Made by a program: the position numbers and the translations under genes
IMG/VR virus record: IMGVR_UViG_3300028394_000038
DNA length: 64,000 nucleotides
Reading direction: 5' to 3' (one strand)
Origin: a virus
Notes under the pieces: generated by a model
Database searches by the model: none
Told to the model about the DNA's origin: nothing
Seen by the model: only the letters and a program-made list of their open reading frames with translations
Part shown: positions 61,026 to 64,000 of the stretch, in pieces
Layout: every line of letters begins with the position of its first letter
Numbering within the stretch: the stretch's first letter is position 1

Positions 61026-61358
61026 ATGAAAATGCGCGAACTATTAGAAGCAAAAACTAAAAAAGCCGAAACACCCAAGCCACGTAACTTTGTAGCTAAA
61101 AATGCTATCAATACTGGCGCTGGCGCACATAAAGACAAAAAGAAAGCCGCAAAGCAAGGTGATGCTAAACACAAGAATAAAGACTATGAAATGGCTGAAT
61201 CTGCTAGTGCAGGTGCTACTAGTGCGGCTAACGTAGGAGTTGGGCCAGTATACCCTAACAAAACAGGTAAAACTAATAAGAATAAAGACGGTACAACAAA
61301 AAATGCATTAGATGTTAAGGGTACTAACTTACTTACTGGTGGCAGCTTAAAACGATAA
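61026..61358 (+). CDS. putative internal head protein (basic)
   Basis: MKMRELLE, PRNFVAKN..GAGAHKDKK, ESASAGATSAANV. TTAAATA at 61001-61007. Confidence 0.7.
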   Translation: MKMRELLEAKTKKAETPKPRNFVAKNAINTGAGAHKDKKKAAKQGDAKHKNKDYEMAESASAGATSAANVGVGPVYPNKTGKTNKNKDGTTKNALDVKGTNLLTGGSLKR

Positions 61359-61384
61359 ATACATAAAGACAACGGAGTTACCTC

Positions 61385-62425
61385 ATGCAACCACAAGTAC
61401 AAATGCAAGGACCAGATGACGAAGGCGGAATGGCCCGTGCTGACCTATATAGAGCTGCCAAGCACTCTATGAAACTGTTTCAAATGATTCAGAATAACCA
61501 ACAGTTAGAAGGTTGGGTACAAGCAAAGATTACTAAAGCGGCAGATTACTTAGACAGTATCTACCACTATATGGAATATCAAGTAAAGTTTGGACAAGGC
61601 GCAGTTGCGTCAAGTGTTGATGACATTACTGGAGATATGGAAACTGCCGCTCGTGCCGCAGAAGAAGCCGATGACGAAAAAATGGAAATGGAAGAATCTA
61701 TGAACTACGAACAAAAACTACAGGCACTATTAGAAAGTGCTGTTAAGAAAGCCAAGAAAGATTATGATGGCGATGGCAAAGTTGAAACAAACAAAGATGA
61801 AGTTTGGGGATCACGTGCCAAGGCTGCGGCAAAAGCAGGCAAGCCATTCAAAGAAGGTTTCCCAACTGTCGATGATGCAAAGAAAAATGCACAGGGTACA
61901 GCAGGCATGAAGCCAGGCGAAAAGAAAAAGTCTAGCACTGGTGGTACTATTGAAAAGACCAAGACCGGTATCAAACATACTGCTGGTAAAAACTACAGTG
62001 GCAAAGGCGTTGCTGAAGCAAAGTTTGATCCGCTAAAGCACGTTAAGAATCCTACTCCAGGTGAGAAGAAAGCCGCTAAAGATGTCAAGCGTGGTAGCTA
62101 TGCAGATCGTGCGGCAATGTTAAAGTCAGCTGAAAAAGACGGACGTTTAAAAGAAGCTGATGGCAAATGCAATCACTCTGCTAAAGGTGAGAAGTGTCCA
62201 GTACACGGTCTAAAAGAATGTGGTAGTACAATGGCATACGAAGCGGCAAAGCCAAGCGCAGGCATGAGTAAAGGTGCTAAGTCAGCATTAGTTAAAAAAG
62301 CTAAGGCAGGCGGTGACGTTGGCAAACCAGGCAAGAGCTTTGACAAGGTAGCTAAAGCCGCAGGTGGTGGTGAGAAAGGTAAGAAGATTGCCGCTGCCGC
62401 TATGTGGAAAAACGCTGCCAAATAA
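61385..62425 (+). CDS. putative internal head/scaffold-associated protein
   Basis: Late box at 61355-61361, LEGWVQAKITKAADYL, DYDGDGKVE, K/A/G-rich modules separated by Glu motifs. Confidence 0.72.
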   Translation: MQPQVQMQGPDDEGGMARADLYRAAKHSMKLFQMIQNNQQLEGWVQAKITKAADYLDSIYHYMEYQVKFGQGAVASSVDDITGDMETAARAAEEADDEKMEMEESMNYEQKLQALLESAVKKAKKDYDGDGKVETNKDEVWGSRAKAAAKAGKPFKEGFPTVDDAKKNAQGTAGMKPGEKKKSSTGGTIEKTKTGIKHTAGKNYSGKGVAEAKFDPLKHVKNPTPGEKKAAKDVKRGSYADRAAMLKSAEKDGRLKEADGKCNHSAKGEKCPVHGLKECGSTMAYEAAKPSAGMSKGAKSALVKKAKAGGDVGKPGKSFDKVAKAAGGGEKGKKIAAAAMWKNAAK

Positions 62426-62437
62426 GGAATAGACAAA

Positions 62438-63292
62438 ATGGATATGAAGAAGATATTACAAGCCTTTGACGGGGCAACTACGAAGAAGCCTGTTCAAGGT
62501 GCTAATGATATGAAAAAATTTGTATCTATTATTCGAGAAAGCAGTAATCCATATACACCTACACAAGAATCTGTTATTACAAGTTTTGAAGAAGGTTCAG
62601 TAGGCGGTGATGCTAATGCGTTCTTATTGGCTGCTGATACTATCCAAGACGAAGTAATGGCACAGGTCAATAAGATTAAGATTAACGCAGACGAAGCTAG
62701 CCTACGTGACATGATGGATAAGTTTAATGCGTTCATGACTGCTTATCACAATGTTGGCAAAGGTATTCTACAACCAGACATGTTTAACGACAGCATGGGC
62801 GAAAGCACAGAAGAACAAGTTGATGAAGCTGGTGCATTCCGCAAACCTGGTAGTCCAACAGCATACGATAGAGATTATGCAAGTAGCGTAAGTGGTATGG
62901 GTAGAACTAATGGGCCAAAAGGGTATGACAGTGATGGCAATCCTCAAGGCGGCGGATATGATGAATATCCTAATGAGCCACGTGGTCAACGTTATCAAGC
63001 TCCGCAAGACAGACCTGTAATGACTGGCATGTTCTTTTATAATGTACAACCAGGTCAAGAAGAACTTGCCGCAAGTTTAGGTGTTAAGAAAACAAAAAGT
63101 GGTAAGTGGGCAAAGACCAAATATACTACTAGCGGTGATTCTTTTAAATTTCAAAAGGGCAGAGCTGATAAAGAGTTTGGCGTCGGCAAATGGTGGGCTC
63201 CTAAAACAGAAAGTGTTGAGCAAGGTGTGGCGGAAGGTCTAAGTTTTAAAGATTATTTTAATTTAACAGAAGCTAAAAAAGGTCTTGAATAA
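62438..63292 (+). CDS. putative internal head protein
   Basis: MDMKKIL, AYDRDYASSVSGMG, QGVAEG, SFKDY. Confidence 0.68.
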   Translation: MDMKKILQAFDGATTKKPVQGANDMKKFVSIIRESSNPYTPTQESVITSFEEGSVGGDANAFLLAADTIQDEVMAQVNKIKINADEASLRDMMDKFNAFMTAYHNVGKGILQPDMFNDSMGESTEEQVDEAGAFRKPGSPTAYDRDYASSVSGMGRTNGPKGYDSDGNPQGGGYDEYPNEPRGQRYQAPQDRPVMTGMFFYNVQPGQEELAASLGVKKTKSGKWAKTKYTTSGDSFKFQKGRADKEFGVGKWWAPKTESVEQGVAEGLSFKDYFNLTEAKKGLE

Positions 63293-63681
63293 TGAGATAC
63301 TTAGCTGTTGCACTAATATTGTGCTTAACTGGATGTGCTAGTATTAAGGAAATGATTCCTAGTTTTCAAGACGTTAATCAATCAGCTAAGATTATTGATG
63401 TGCGTCAAAGTGTAGCACAGTTAGATTGCAAACAACCACATGCACCGCAAGTTAAACAGATTAAAGATAACCTAGAATGGTTTGAACTATATAGTACTAG
63501 TAAAGGCGAAAGACAAAACGATGTATTGCGTTTGATTAAACCAATGCAAGAAACTGTAGATGATTTTTACAAACGTAGTACAAGTGAAAAGCAAGGTAGC
63601 GATACCTATTGCGAGATTAAGAAAAAGTTAATGACTACACAGGCCGAACGTGCGGCTAGTGTAGTACTAGGGAGATTCTAA
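63292..63681 (+). CDS. lipoprotein
   Basis: Signal peptide with lipobox LTGC. Confidence 0.75.
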   Translation: MRYLAVALILCLTGCASIKEMIPSFQDVNQSAKIIDVRQSVAQLDCKQPHAPQVKQIKDNLEWFELYSTSKGERQNDVLRLIKPMQETVDDFYKRSTSEKQGSDTYCEIKKKLMTTQAERAASVVLGRF

Positions 63682-63914
63682 TGAACGAACTTATGCAATG
63701 TATTAACTCAGGTAAAGGCTGGGCGGCTGAACGTGCTAATACAGCATATCAGATTGGACAGGCATTAGAATCTGGACAGATTGATCCAAGTGAAGCAAAA
63801 GAGTTATTAGAAGATTTGGTTAGAACAGATAGATTAGATGCAGAAGCAGACGATATGGCTCTTAAGGCCATGTTAGTCACAGGCATCTATGCAGTAATAC
63901 AGATATGTGGCTAA
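63681..63914 (+). CDS. hypothetical protein
   Basis: Coupled ORF (TAATG), 77 aa. Confidence 0.68.
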   Translation: MNELMQCINSGKGWAAERANTAYQIGQALESGQIDPSEAKELLEDLVRTDRLDAEADDMALKAMLVTGIYAVIQICG

Positions 63915-63915
63915 T

Positions 63916-64000
63916 ATGGAACAGTTAATCAACGCATTAAAAATAGCATTTGCCAGTGAATATGCATTTGCATTAAAAGCACAAAACTTTCATTGGAACA
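63916..64000 (+). CDS. dps: Dps/ferritin-like DNA protection protein (truncated by the window end)
   Basis: MEQLINALKIAFASEYAFALKAQNFHWN, containing the K..xFHWN Dps signature. Confidence 0.75.
   Translation, partial: MEQLINALKIAFASEYAFALKAQNFHWN

Noticed and set aside
1-64000. Stop-codon reassignment as seen in some jumbo phages
   Set aside because: Genes, including two ORFs over 10 kb, are intact and densely packed in the standard code. TAA, TGA and occasionally TAG all end genes.
1-64000. tRNA, rRNA, introns, inteins or transposases
   Set aside because: None recognised by eye. Intergenic gaps are short and the enzymes have normal lengths. A tRNAscan/Infernal run would be needed to exclude small RNAs.

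Overview
This window is a 64-kb segment of a large, AT-rich, T4-like (myovirus or jumbo) bacteriophage genome read in the standard genetic code. Spanins, a 7Fe ferredoxin and ClpA suggest a Gram-negative host (inference). From left to right it holds: (1) an early/middle block with ATP-dependent DNA ligase, metallophosphoesterase, ClpP and a 2OG-Fe(II) oxygenase; (2) a tail/baseplate block dominated by two paralogous giant virion proteins (3561 aa and about 4723 aa), separated by an insert carrying queD and uvsE; (3) a stand-alone DnaE fragment, GroES, a MazG-like NTP pyrophosphatase, clamp loader, ferredoxin, a kinase/nucleotidyltransferase fusion and PhoH; (4) a complete lysis cassette; (5) DnaJ and ClpA; (6) a late cluster of probable head-packaged proteins that includes three nucleotidyl-transfer enzymes; and (7) a truncated Dps. 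Eight near-consensus sigma70 promoters and about 14 T4-late-like (A)TAAATA boxes are visible. The most notable observations are 11 repeats of about 150 aa in the giant virion proteins that reproduce the spacing of the phycobiliprotein bilin-attachment motif (C-x-R-D...Y...G), a preQ1-I-like riboswitch candidate in the queD leader, a DnaE gene that ends just before the catalytic aspartates, and a two-state hairpin in the phoH leader. All family assignments come from motifs recognised by eye. No database searches were run.
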